A stretch of DNA of 64,000 bases from the human T2T-CHM13v2.0 reference genome, Homo sapiens, in the NCBI RefSeq assembly GCF_009914755.1, contig NC_060926.1, one strand, 5' to 3'. Both the position numbers and the translations under genes were made by a program. Shown here piece after piece: positions 51,840 through 64,000 of the stretch (the stretch's first letter is position 1; each line of letters starts with the position of its first letter). The notes under the pieces were generated by a model that saw nothing but the letters and a program-made list of their open reading frames with translations, did not search any database and had not been told where the DNA came from.

Positions 51840-52809
51840 GAACTATATTCTGTATTAAATAGGGTTCTACCTAGGGATATAGACAGAAAGTACAAAAAGT
51901 GTGATCTTGAAGTCTTGATATGTTGTGTCTATTTTTAGAGATGATAGGTTTGAGATCCTGACAAATAGACCATTTACAGATTTCTTCCTGGCCATTGGAT
52001 ATTGAATGTCAGGGATATGTTATTCACATGGCAGTGTTGTTTGCATGAGTAGAAAACATTAACTAGGTAAGTATAGCTAGAGTGGAGAAGACAGAAATGG
52101 GAATCATCTTCATTTCTGAGAGATAATGAAGAAGAGACAATTAACATGACTTAAAAAATGAATGTCTTAAAGGCAGAAGGAAGCCTGCAGAATACAAGAA
52201 GCACAGAGTGAGTTTTAAGGAGAAGACGGTCAAGATAAGCAAATCCTATACGCTTCAGGGCAGATTATTGGTGACTTACCAGAGGATAGTTTCAATAGAA
52301 GAGCAAAGTTAGAACCGGAGGAGTTAGTTGGTGGGAGAAGAGGAACGAGTAGGAACTTTTTTTTTTAAGTAAAGACATTTGTTGGTAAAAAGAAGGTGAA
52401 TGACTATGTAGAGATTTATGAATCAAAATAAATAATATTAAAAAAATTCACTGCACTTGAGGAAATTTCTAGGTAGAGAAGAGTTTATCAGTGGTGAGGG
52501 GTAATGCAATACGTATAGGATAAAGGATCACATGAATGGAGAAATGTGGGTGAGGATGAATGGGATGCAAAATGCAATTGATAGAAAGGAAGGGTACCCC
52601 CTTCTTTGAGCTCCAGATAAATTTAGATGTGGGGAGGAGAAAAGCTAAACTTGTTTTGCAAACTGAAACTGTCCTAATTCTTTGTCCTTGTGTTAAGCAG
52701 TAATAGGACCAGATAGAGTTTCCAATTCCTCTGCTAAACAATGCTAAGACCAAGCAACACTAATAGCTGCTTTTTCAGGGAACGCATGCTCATGGTTGAT
52801 GAGACTGTG

Positions 52810-53255
52810 GACCATCCTGCCCAGACCCCTCTTCAGGGAAAGACTCCTGCCCTCTCTGCTGGGAATGCTACTGGGAGAAAGCCTGTATCTGTCATTCCGC
52901 TCAGGGGTTGCTTAGCTGCAGAAAGCTGCTTTGCTCAAGGCACTTTCTTTCAGGGGCAGCCTATGTCCTATAGCATGGCCCAATGTGGGGCATTTCTGAT
53001 GGGTCATTTTAAATCCAGAGCTTCCTGGGTTGGGGGTGGGCATTGATTAAAACTGCATCATAGCTTGACTTCTCCCTCTGGCTAATGTGGAGCGAGGCTG
53101 CATTGTGGAGGCTGCATCACAGCTTGAATTCTCCCTCTGGCCAATGCAGCTTCCTCCTCATCTATTCCATAGGTGTGATCTCAAAGGCCTTCCTAATAAC
53201 CATCCTGAATACTAAGCTGCCCCAAGCAGACTTCATGGAGAACCCAACCTGTAAC
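52810..53255 (+). mobile_element. ERVL LTR16-like relic
   Basis: Ends CTTCATGGAGAACCCAACCTGTAAC; contains CTGCATCACAGCTTGA..TTCTCCCTCTG. Confidence 0.5.
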
Positions 53256-54018
53256 GCCAGCTCAGCGGCTTACTTCTGACAGCTTGCCCAGAAAGACCAG
53301 CATTAATGCTCCTGCCTCCCTGTGTCTACTGTGTCAATGTATTTTGTCATATATTCTCCCCAATCCCAACTAGCTTTCTGCCTTGTGATATCTACTTTAA
53401 AGTCACCCAGCCTAGACCCTAAAACTCTGGAGATAGCCCGCCTCGGTTGTTTATTTTGAGACTGTTCTCCCTTACTTCAACAAGTTCAATAAACTTAGCT
53501 TTTCTTGAGTAACAGGTTTTTCTGGTGGTCTTCTAGAGAATTGATAGTGGAACATTTTCATCAGATGTCATTGTTCTTTCTAAGTTTCAGACAGGCTGGT
53601 AGCTTCAGGGAAAGAGGAAAAGTTTCGAAAACATATATTGTTTGCCAATTTAATAAGAAAATTAACCCTAAAAATTACATTTTATGTCTTGACTTGGGAT
53701 TTCACAAGGAGGGGTAATCTCCTTGGGATGGAGAGCAGGCAGGAGTTATACAAACTTGGCCTCAGTTGGCCTGGTATAGACCAATCTGTCTTCTGTCTTC
53801 ATTTTGCACTTTGTAATTAGTGTTCTCCTCAGTCCTGATTCCTCTGATGGGGCAGCTTGGGCTCTGGTGAATGTGGAGTCCCTGATTTCTGCTTTGATTC
53901 TGGTGTCATTTGTTTCCTTGGTGCCAAGGCCCTTTGTGATTCTGAGCACTCTCATCTCTCCTTTCCTCCCCTCTCTTAGGCTTCTCGTCCCACTTCCATG
54001 ATCCTCTGGTTCCTATAG

Positions 54019-54311
<293 letters not shown>

Positions 54312-54779
54312 ACAGAAAGTTTTTATCTCTTCCTTGTGTGAAATATATTGATAGGAGCTTGGGAACACATAGACAAATACAATAATTTTCCTTTCAAATA
54401 ATCCTAGAGATACCACAAAAACAATTATATGTGAGACGAACTTTCATGTGCTCAAATACGTTATGACCTCAAGAAGAAATGTAATCCATTCTACTGCCTT
54501 CTACTTCATTCTTAGAGATGGGTGTTTCCTGTAGGTTTTTAGTAGTTCTCACTAGAACATATCTCTTATTTGCTGGAATTTAAACCCATTTCTTTTTCCT
54601 GTTAATGAAAATAATTCATGCAACTATTACTGAAGCCCTACTAGGACAGATCCACCAACCCCGGCATGATGTCATGTTTCATCCTGGAAGGTGGTTAGCA
54701 AACCTCTTCTCCATCTTCTCTTATGTAGACCAAATGGACCCGATTTCTTTCCTTTATGTGATTTCCAAAATACAGTTTT

Positions 54780-55080
<301 letters not shown>

Positions 55081-55364
55081 CAAAATACAGTTTTAATTTC
55101 TCTCTTTTGAATGCACTGTTGGTAAAGGAAGGGGTGGGGTATTAAGTCAAGCTCAACCCACAAAAGATCCTTAACTCAGACTACCAGCCTGACTTTGTAA
55201 GCTTTTGAATATAGGCTTACTTGAAGTCACTTGGGTTTTCCCCTTTTTCAATTATCTTCATCATTCAAGAGCATACACTGGTGCCTCAAGGCACTAAATA
55301 TTACAATTTCAAGCACCCTACTCAGCTCAAGCTCTCCTTGTTGTGCCCTTAAAAAGTACTTTGA

Positions 55365-55928
55365 ATAATGACTTCTTTTCCTCTGAGTAGATACCCAGTA
55401 GTGGGATTGTTGGATCAAATGGTAGTTCTATTTTTAGCTGTTTAAGGAATCTCCACACTGTTTTCCATAGCAGCTGTACTAGTTGACATTCCCACCAGCA
55501 GTGTAGAAGTGTTCTCTGATCACTGCATCCACACCAATATCTACTGTTTTTTTATTTTTTGATTATGGCTATTCTAGCAGAAGTAAGGTGGTATCGCATT
55601 GTGGTTGATTTGCATTTCCCTGATCGTTAGTGATGTTGAGCATTTTTCATATGTTTTTTGGCCATTTGTGTATCTTCTTTTGAGAATTGTGGGAGCTAAG
55701 CTATGAGGACACAAAGGCATAAGAATGATACAATAGACTTTGGGGACATGGGGAGAAGAATGGGAGGCGGGCGAGGGATAAAAGAAAACAAATATGTGCA
55801 GTGTATACTTCTCAGGTGATGGGTGCACCAGGATCTCACAAATCTCCCCTAAAGAACTTACTTATGTAACCAAATACCACCTGTACCCCAATAACTTATG
55901 GAAAAATAAAATTAAAAAAAAGAAAGAA
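55365..55928 (+). mobile_element. 5'-inverted, truncated L1 (L1PB-like)
   Basis: 55365-55690 is reverse L1 ORF2-end sequence and 55689-55928 is sense 3'UTR plus A tail. TSD AAAAAGT(A/G)CTTTGA; TT/AAAA endonuclease site. Confidence 0.85.
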
Positions 55929-56698
55929 AAAAAGTGCTTTGAGGCCCAGCTGGCTATAGGGGCCATTTAGAAACCATTTTTCCTTAGAGGCATAGTGAAG
56001 GTAGAGCACAATGCTGAGAAGCGATAAAAAGACTGAGTTCTGATGTTATCATCTAGAAATCTGCCACCCCCACAAAGAACAAAACAGAAGCTCTTGCTAA
56101 GCACTTTTTTCCATAGTATAACTTGTTCTTATAAAGAAGTGGCACTTAGTGTTTCAGCGGATCAAATTAACACATACATCTTTTAAAAACATCTTTTAAA
56201 AAAAGACAAACCTGAATTTTAAAATGACACCTTCTTTAGAAAAAAGGGTTAGGACACGTTTTTAAATTATATGCTTTAAAGAAAGCTTACAATGCAGTTA
56301 TACAATTTTCACTAAAAATTTGCTAAAATTAGTACAATTTCTATTCTCATAATTATGAGCTTTTCAGCTTTTGCACTTCGCATCTCTTCATTTTCCCACA
56401 GTTATTACTAGGTGTGAGCTTTCCAGTTTCTATATATTACCCCCTTCAAATCCCACAGCCTCTATGTTTTTGGGGAGGGAGAGTGAGACATGTGCTATAA
56501 GTGATCCTGGACTGAAGCCTGGGGGTGTTACAGGTCAGGCCACTTCATCTCATCCCACTTATGGCCAATCCCATTCATTTGAACCCTTGCACATACTTTT
56601 TCTTACTTCTAAAAGCATGTCACTTTATGTCTGTGTATGTATCCTCACACTCAGTCATTTCACTGCCAGTCAAATATACCCGAGGTCTCAGTTTCCTC

Positions 56699-57229
56699 TG
56701 CAGAAGAGAAGGATTTCTTCTCTCACTCATCCGTGGGCTCATTGCTGAGGCCTCCATAACAAAAGAAAGAGTAACAAGAAAAAAGAGTGCAGATTTATTT
56801 ATTATAAATTTTACAAGACATGAGAGTCTCCAGAAACGAAGACCTGAAGAAAGGAAGAAAGTTGCGCATTTTTATGCTTAAGTTTGATGAACAGTGGACA
56901 GTCATTGGGGAAGTGTGATTGGCCTGATCTAGTGGTAATAAACTGGGGAACTTAGCAAATCACACCAGACTAGGGAGTCCGATCTAGTGGTAAAAAACTA
57001 GGGAACTTAGCAAGGACTGTTTGTTCAGATTCTTCTCTGCGTCCTGTGTCTTCAGAGATATGGATGTTTTTTTCCTCTGTAGGTATGGGGAGGTACCTGT
57101 TGAATGAGGATCTTATGACCTACTTCAGGGGAGAAAAGTGGGAGAAATTCAGAGTGGCCTTTCCACTTCTGCTGTTTTCTCAAATGCCAAAGTGCCAAAT
57201 TTTGGGATAGTGTGGCCTGAACCCCATCA
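56699..57229 (-). mobile_element. ERV1 solo LTR (MER31/MER67-like)
   Basis: Minus strand starts TGATGGGGTTCAGG..CCCAAAATTTGGCACTTTGGCATTTGAGAAAACAGCAGAAG; TSD-like C(C/T)TC. Confidence 0.7.
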
Positions 57230-58084
57230 CTTCATTAAAAAAATAGTTGCTGAAGTCTCTTCTATCTCTGAAGTTTTACTATTCGATCATTTTAAAATCT
57301 TTAGCTCAATCCTCAGGATTTACATTTCAACATTTCCTTAAAATCTTTACTGGGTGATAACTTCGAGGGTTATACGAGTGTGTGTTGTTTTAGTTCACTG
57401 AGAAAGCCATGCCCTTCAGCTCTTTATTCTGCCCAGGTGGGTATGAGGACAATCCTCTGTTTACGAAAGTACCATGGATTATGCCTGCAAGATGAATTTG
57501 TATCTTTTAAAAAAAATTGAGTATGATGTTTTACTTCTGAGAGCCCCATATTTAACCATTTCACAACTTCCTTCTCTGATTTCTGGGAAACGCCTAGATT
57601 TTTCAAAAGTCACTGTGGAAATCACCCATATCACAAGATGTTTTCTATCTTTATCTTCTACCCTTTGACAACTTGCTTAGGAGGAAATAGTCTGTTTAGA
57701 TTTTACTTCAGTTTGGGAGTTCCTGTTTTTCCATTTTTTGTATTTTTATATTGTGACTTTCATGGTTTTTTTTTTCCTTTGAAAGTTAGATGGGGTAAAG
57801 GGGATTGCCCCTGTGAGAATGGATAGGAAGGAACGACTTTATAAACGTAAACAAGCGTTTTTATTTGTGGCAATTCTACATGGGGAACATGCTGAATTAG
57901 TAGGCTCCCAATTCTTAGATTTCTAGAACAAGAACATATGTAACATAAGCTTCTCTTATGTTATTTCAAATGAAAAAACTTAAAAAAAGTCATAGATGGC
58001 AGTCAAATTGCTTCCTGGGCTTAAGTGGCAATTTAAACATCAGAAACATTTGGATGAAATTTCTCACAAAACATGGCAGAGAGT

Positions 58085-58385
58085 GGCCGGGCGCGGTGGC
58101 TCACACCTGTAATCCCAAGCACTATGGGAGGCCGAGGCGGGTGGATCACCTGAAGTCAGGAGTTTGAGGCTAGCCTGGCCAATATGGTGAAACCCCATCT
58201 CTACTAAAAACGCAAAAAAGTAGCCAGGCATAGTGGCTCGTGCCTGTAATCCCAGCTACTTAGGAGGCTGGGGCGAGAGAATAGCTTGAACCCGGGAGGC
58301 AGAGGCTACAGTGAGCCAAGATCACGCCACCACACTCCAGCCTGGGTGACAGAGTGAGACCCCGTCTCAAAAAAAAAAAACAAAA
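58085..58385 (+). mobile_element. AluSx-like
   Basis: GGCCGGGCGCGGTGGCTCAC... full length with poly-A. Confidence 0.95.
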
Positions 58386-59299
58386 GAGAGAAAAATACCC
58401 AATGCAACCTAGTCTTCTTTTTGAGTAAATACAATATACTTAGTTCAAGAGACAACGTGTATTTCAATCTCAAAGTCTGTTAGGGCCAAGACGCATTAGG
58501 GTTTGGAACAAGGAAGGAGATGAGAGTTTCCGAGCTGTGTAACTGCCAGGGGTGGTGTATATACATTTGAAGAGTAAGGTGGGACTACCCCAGGATGGGT
58601 GATCCATGGGTTACACCTAAGGTAAGAGTAAGTCAGGAATGCCTAGGCGGATGCAGAAATCAAATGGGATCTGAAAAGAATGCCTATTCACCCAAAAGTG
58701 AACAACCAGGGAGAATAAATGTCAACAAAGGGGTTGCTTCTGAGAGCTCTAGAGTCTAGAGGAACAGGTAGCCAAAAATGAGTTAAAGCTGATGGAAATG
58801 TAAATATAGCAAATTGTGTGACAGCGTGTTCATACGGAGGCCCAGACTGAATCTGAGGACAAAGAAGTCACTCAACTTTCTGTGCTCCTGACTTTGGACC
58901 TTAAAGTTTCTCTCTCCAACTTCTGACATGACAATGTTTATTTAGCGCCTACTCTATGCCTGGCATGGAGAATACACATTAGACTCAAGATGGGCTTGCC
59001 TCTCCTGAGCATTCACAGCTATGGACCCATCACGCTTCCTGTCTTTTCTGTCTCCCTACTGCTTCTTCCTATTTGACCACTCCCTTTTTTCTTTTTCATT
59101 GGCTTCTTTTTCCCATTTCTTTTCATTCTAAATTTTCTTTCTTGATATTTAATGTATTCCCAAAGATTAATCTATTATTCCCAAAGGGGATGACCATATC
59201 TCTAGGTACTTGAATATTTCTCAGAATTTCCTTTCATCACTTCACACATTATATATAAATTATTTAGTATATGGGGTATAAAGATGAGTATGATATACA

Positions 59300-60200
59300 T
59301 TTATCCATTCATTTATTCTTTTATCCAGTGACTATGTATTGAGTGCTTAATAAGTGCCACATATTATTGGAGAAACTGGTGATACAGAGATCATGAAGAT
59401 GAGTTTCTTTTCCTCATGGACTCACGGTCTAGGGGAAGAGTAAAACACATAAACATACAAAGGTTGCAGAGGCTTAAGTGAAGAACTGTGAAAGGCCAGC
59501 AAATACATAAGATTGTAAGATAAACACTTTGCAGCCTAACATCACTCCTGTCTTCATCTTATTTTCCCATAATTTGCCAACTTGAATATATTTAACTTTG
59601 CTAAATAGTGCGTATCTCTGTATGTGACATTATCTGCATTTATTTTTTGTCATGGTGTGTGTTATGAATAAATACAATAAACAGAAATCTATATTTAAGG
59701 AAGATGATTTTGAGATGGGCATTGAAGGATGAGTAGAAGTTCAAGTAGTAAGAAGAGAAAAAAAGGCAAAATACACAGTATATGCAAAGGCATATGAAAT
59801 TAAAGAATTTGAGGTGTTCTGATAATGGTGGGTAGTTTTTTATGGAGGCCATAGGGTACTTGGAAATGAATGGCAAGAAAGTTCTTCTGGAAGAAAAAGA
59901 ACTTCTGATCATACTAAGGAGATTGGACCCTATCCTGTAGTCAATGAACAAACATTGTAGTCAATGAAGTAGAGGAATGACATTTGGCCCTTTGATGGCA
60001 GAGTGAAAATGATAGATTGAAGTGGAGCAGGCCAAAAATTAGGCAACAACTGGAATGAGGGCCTGGACTAAGGTACTAGTGGCAGTGGTATAAATGAAGT
60101 GATCAGTTTGAACAATATCAAAGAGATAGAGTGACAAGACTTTAAGAATCTTTGGGTACAGGCAATAGGGGAGAGAGGAGAGGCAGGCTTTCATCTGGAT
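59300..60200 (-). mobile_element. L2 fragments
   Basis: ATTTATCCATTCATTTATTC...TATTGAGTGCTTAATAAGTGCC and purine-rich body. Confidence 0.55.
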
Positions 60201-60649
60201 GGTGGATGACATCCTCATTCCCACAGACATTGGATGCATGGGCCTTGGATATAACTTAGAATCTTGCGAGGCGATAAAAAGACCACCAGCGCGTGAGAAG
60301 TGAGTTAGCCACAGTTTACCTTCTATGGTTTGCAGTTTGCCATAGACTTCCATTCCTTTATTTGATACTCTATGAATGATGTCACAGACAATACATGATC
60401 AAGTGTCAAACATAGATGGTGGTATGCTATGACATCAAGAATTCTGGGCTCACCTTCTGGACTGACAATAACTGGAGGTGTGAATTTTGGTAACCACTTA
60501 CTGTCTTTGGACTTCATTTTCTCATCTTTAAAGTTTGTTTCAGGTGGGGTAGGGTGAGTAGTACTCTAGGTGACATTTAAGTTTTTTTTGGATCTATTAA
60601 CTTATGAGTAAATACTCATCTTTCTTCCCCAAGATAGTTTCTCCTTCTG

Positions 60650-61530
60650 ACTAGATTGTTATTTCCTGGAAGGCAGGGACTGCTGTGTTCATCTCTGGAT
60701 TCCAATACACCACGTAGGATCTGGGGGTAAAAGTGCAGAGTTAATGTTATTGAGCAAATGACTGAATGAAAGATTTTCCTATTTTATTAATGATACTATA
60801 TAGCCCGTTCTCTCTGCTTCCTGTTATTAAAACCTTGGGGTATTCTGTACCCGCCTTCTTCTTGCATAACACCCTCACTCCCCCTTGGTCTTGCTTCCTT
60901 AATCAGGACATACTTTTTCCCTCTAAGTGTCTTTTAGATACGGCTTCCTTTTCCACCTCTAGACAGTCACCCAGATCTCTGCACTTCACCTTAAATTGAG
61001 ACTACTGCAACAATATGTTTGCTTTCTGTCGTAATCTCCCTCTCTTAAGCCCAGTTCATATACTACTACCATATTTAGCTTCCACTGCTTTGTGGCTTAA
61101 ACCCTCAAATGTCTACGGTGTACATTTATACTCAATGCCAGTCACAATCTGGCTCCAACCTGCATTGACGTGAATTCTCCAGTTAACCTGTCACTGGTGA
61201 TCTTTTAGACACTTGCACATTGCCATCTCTGTGTGTTGCTTATTGCTATCTCCCCTGTCTGGAAAGCTCTCCTCACTATCTAAGTGCAATTCATCAGTCA
61301 AGGTCCAGCTTGTTATTTCTCCACCAACCTCCCCCTGAAGTCTTCCCAGGTTATATTTTTGCCTACAGTAATCTGTCTTTCACTCAGCTGACAAATAATA
61401 TCATCACATATTTATTAGGCTACTTCTCATGTTATTATCTTATCACATGCTTATGTCTCATCACCCCAAGTATCTTGCAAGCTCCTTGGGGTGGTAGGAA
61501 TATGTCTGAGGTATCTTTGTATTGCTCGTT
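60650..61530 (+). mobile_element. L2 fragments (sense)
   Basis: TTCCTGGAAGGCAGGGACTG...TTGAGCAAATGACTGAATGA and AAGCTCCTTGGGGTGGTAGGAA. Confidence 0.5.
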
Positions 61531-61549
61531 GTCTAATGACCACCATGAC

Positions 61550-61735
61550 AAGAACAACAGCTCACATTGGTTGATCACTCATGTGTGTTAGACATTGCCA
61601 AGCCCTTGATATTCATTATCTCTCTTAATATCTAAAACCGCCCTATGTCATGGGTACGATGACTATCTCCATTCTTCAGATGGGGAAACGAAAGCTTAGA
61701 AGTGTTAAGTAATTTGCATTAGGCCACCTATAGAT
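61550..61735 (-). mobile_element. MIR
   Basis: CCATTCTTCAGATGGGGAAACGAAAGCTTAGAAGTGTTAAGTAATTTGC. Confidence 0.7.
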
Positions 61736-62689
61736 TAAGTCTAGTTTAGTTTTTACACTTAGTAGGCACCCCCAAAATGGAATAATTAATTGTCAAGAGA
61801 TGTATCTTGGTGTTTTCCCTCTCCAAGTGACTGAAGCAAAGATGTTGAGAAGGAGGATAGTTTTGAGGTTAGCTGTGGAACAGCCTTGAGGAGATTTAGA
61901 GGGAGTCAGCAGCAGAGCAGGAGTCCTGTCAGTGAGAGGTAAAAGATTGTGAGATGAGGAAAATCTGTTTTGGAATCAGTTAGACCCATATCTGGCAATG
62001 TAGCAAAATGTAAAATACCCTGGGTCGATAACCTATGAAAATGGAGGAAGTTTAGAACAAGAGTTACCCAAGATAGAACTTATATGTTTGTTTAGCTAGG
62101 TTATTTGGGTAGCATGGAAAGTTTCCAGCTAGATTTTAAGGAGTAAGCATGTTAGTTTAAATTAAGACAATATTTTGTAATGGGAAAACTGTAACAATAA
62201 ATAATATGATTCAATTACAAGGAGTGGGTTGCATACAATAATGTAATGCGTCTAGGGCCTAAGAGGCAGTTCAGACTACATTCTGGGTTCATTCTTGCCC
62301 TTGGGAACCATAAAGTGTGAATGAGATAAACTTGCTTTCTATTCAAAATACTTCCCAGGGTGGGATGTATTCCCAGAACTTCTCAGGGTGGGAAAAGGAT
62401 AACAGTGGTTGAGATGACTACTGGCCTCAGGGCTCACATGAAGCATCTCCTGGACTGGAGGAAGGCTTGTGTCCTTGAAAGGCACAGTGCCCTGGTCTGC
62501 TCTGGCATTTGACAACGGACACCCAGGTTACAATTCACCAAAGGACACAATCCTAGGAAGCCAAGTGCCCATCAGTTTCCTGCTCTGGAAGTGGAGGAGG
62601 CAATGAGGAACTCTGAGTTCTGGTCACCACCGCAGAAGGACCTCTTGAAGTACAAGGCCAAAGAGCCCTGACGTGGGAAGGATGGCAAT

Positions 62690-62870
62690 GAACACTGAAT
62701 GAGCATTTAGACTATGTGCAAAAGCAGTGTTTGGCACTTTAGACACCTTATCTCATTAAAGTTCACACCCCTACAGGAAAATGGCTTGGGGAGGTTAAAT
62801 AGCTTATGCAAGATCCCACAGCTAGGAAGTGGCAGAGTGGAGATTCACAGCTAGATACTTTGACTTTCAA
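62690..62870 (-). mobile_element. MIR
   Basis: GAGGTTAAATAGCTTATGCAAGATCCCACAGCTAGGAAGTGGCAGAG. Confidence 0.65.
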
Positions 62871-63493
62871 GTGCATACATGTTACTTTCTGTTCACCAAG
62901 AAGAATACCCTGCTCCCTTGGGCTCTAACTGCAGCTTTGTTATTAACTGGCTATGTGACCTTGGCAGGCCTCTTAAAAAGATCTTGACTGAGGTTGCTTC
63001 CAACACTGTGAGTCTCTCTCTGATCATAATGGAGGAATGGGAAAAAATCCAAATGTTAGGTAGAAATGGTGAGCCCAATCGCAATATGGTCGTTCAACCT
63101 AAATTTTTCTACCATCAAAATCAGATAATGGAAATGAAAGGATCAAAAGAGGGAAATCATGGGAAGCCCAAACTCCTATGAACTGGAATTACTGCATTCT
63201 TGGAGCAGTAAAACAGATAAGCAATGTGGTGATAAACACGCAAAGACCAGCAGACTTTCAACAAACTCATTTCTTCTCATCTGGCCTGTCCTCCCATGTA
63301 AGCTGGGACAGGCCTGGGATCTTTGGGTCTTTTTGCCTTTGATTTAAAAATGGGTCATCTATTCCCAAGCCAACTGACCCAAGAACTCAAAAAAGAAGGT
63401 AATGGAAGATGCACAATGCTGTGTGTCTCTTAAAAAATATACAATATTGGTTGTCTTCCTATGGGGGCTGAAGAGATTGTACAGAAATCATTA

Positions 63494-64000
63494 CAGTCCT
63501 GTGCCACTTAATGATGGGGATACATTCTGAGAAATGTGTTGTTAGGCAATCTCGTTGTTGTGTGAAAATCATAGAGTGTATTTACACAAATCTAGATGGT
63601 GTAGCCCACTACACACCTGAGCTATGTGGTGTAGCCTATTGCTCCTAGGTTATAAACCTATACAGGCTATTAGTGTACTGAGTACTGTAGGTAACTGTAA
63701 TGCAATGTTTTTTCATATCTAAACATCGAAAAGGTCAGTAAAAACATGGCATAAAAGATTAAAAAAATGGTACACCTATATACGGGTGCTTACCATCAAT
63801 GGAGCTTGCAGGAATGAAAGCTGATCTGGGTAAGTGAGTGAGTGAGTGAGTGGTGAGTGAAGGTGAGGGCCTATGACATTACTGTATACTACTGTAGACT
63901 TTATAAACACTGTACACTTAGGCTACACTACATTATGAATTTTTTCTTTCTTCTATAATAAATTAACCTTAGCTTACCATAACTTTTTTACTTTGAAAAT
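63494..64000 (+). mobile_element. Tigger3b/MER7B-type DNA transposon, running off the window
   Basis: TA-CAGTCCTGTG start; homologous to 13330-13673 but with a longer internal part. Confidence 0.8.

Overview
Human genomic DNA: a repeat-rich eukaryotic window in which a human-specific AluYb8 at 54780-55080 supports the species call. It contains the complete ICOS gene (inducible T-cell costimulator, CD278; CD28/CTLA4/ICOS cluster) on the + strand. The five coding exons (4704-4761, 23522-23857, 24545-24651, 25685-25769, 27475-27488) join into a 600-nt ORF encoding 199 aa, followed by a ~2-kb 3'UTR with a Roquin-type stem-loop and AATAAA at 29437. A 5.7-kb env-deleted HERV-H provirus (two LTR7s, tRNA-His PBS, ATATG target-site duplication) lies antisense ~365 bp past the 3' end. 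The rest is intronic or intergenic sequence with Alu, L1, L2, MIR, LTR and DNA-transposon relics. Nearly all ORFs in the supplied track are spurious or repeat-derived. I found no supportable new gene system. The most notable unexplained structure is a set of short local duplications: (i) a 143-bp, ~90% identical direct repeat bracketing exons 2-3 that also copies the exon-3 splice donor into intron 1; (ii) a ~150-bp copy inserted into an L2; (iii) a 40-bp copy inserted into an L1. Other points of interest are the unequal HERV-H LTRs, a competing fold over the Roquin hairpin, a NAGNAG acceptor at the KKKY motif, and an apparently non-reference 3'UTR haplotype. Repeat subfamily names and old-repeat boundaries are by eye and approximate.
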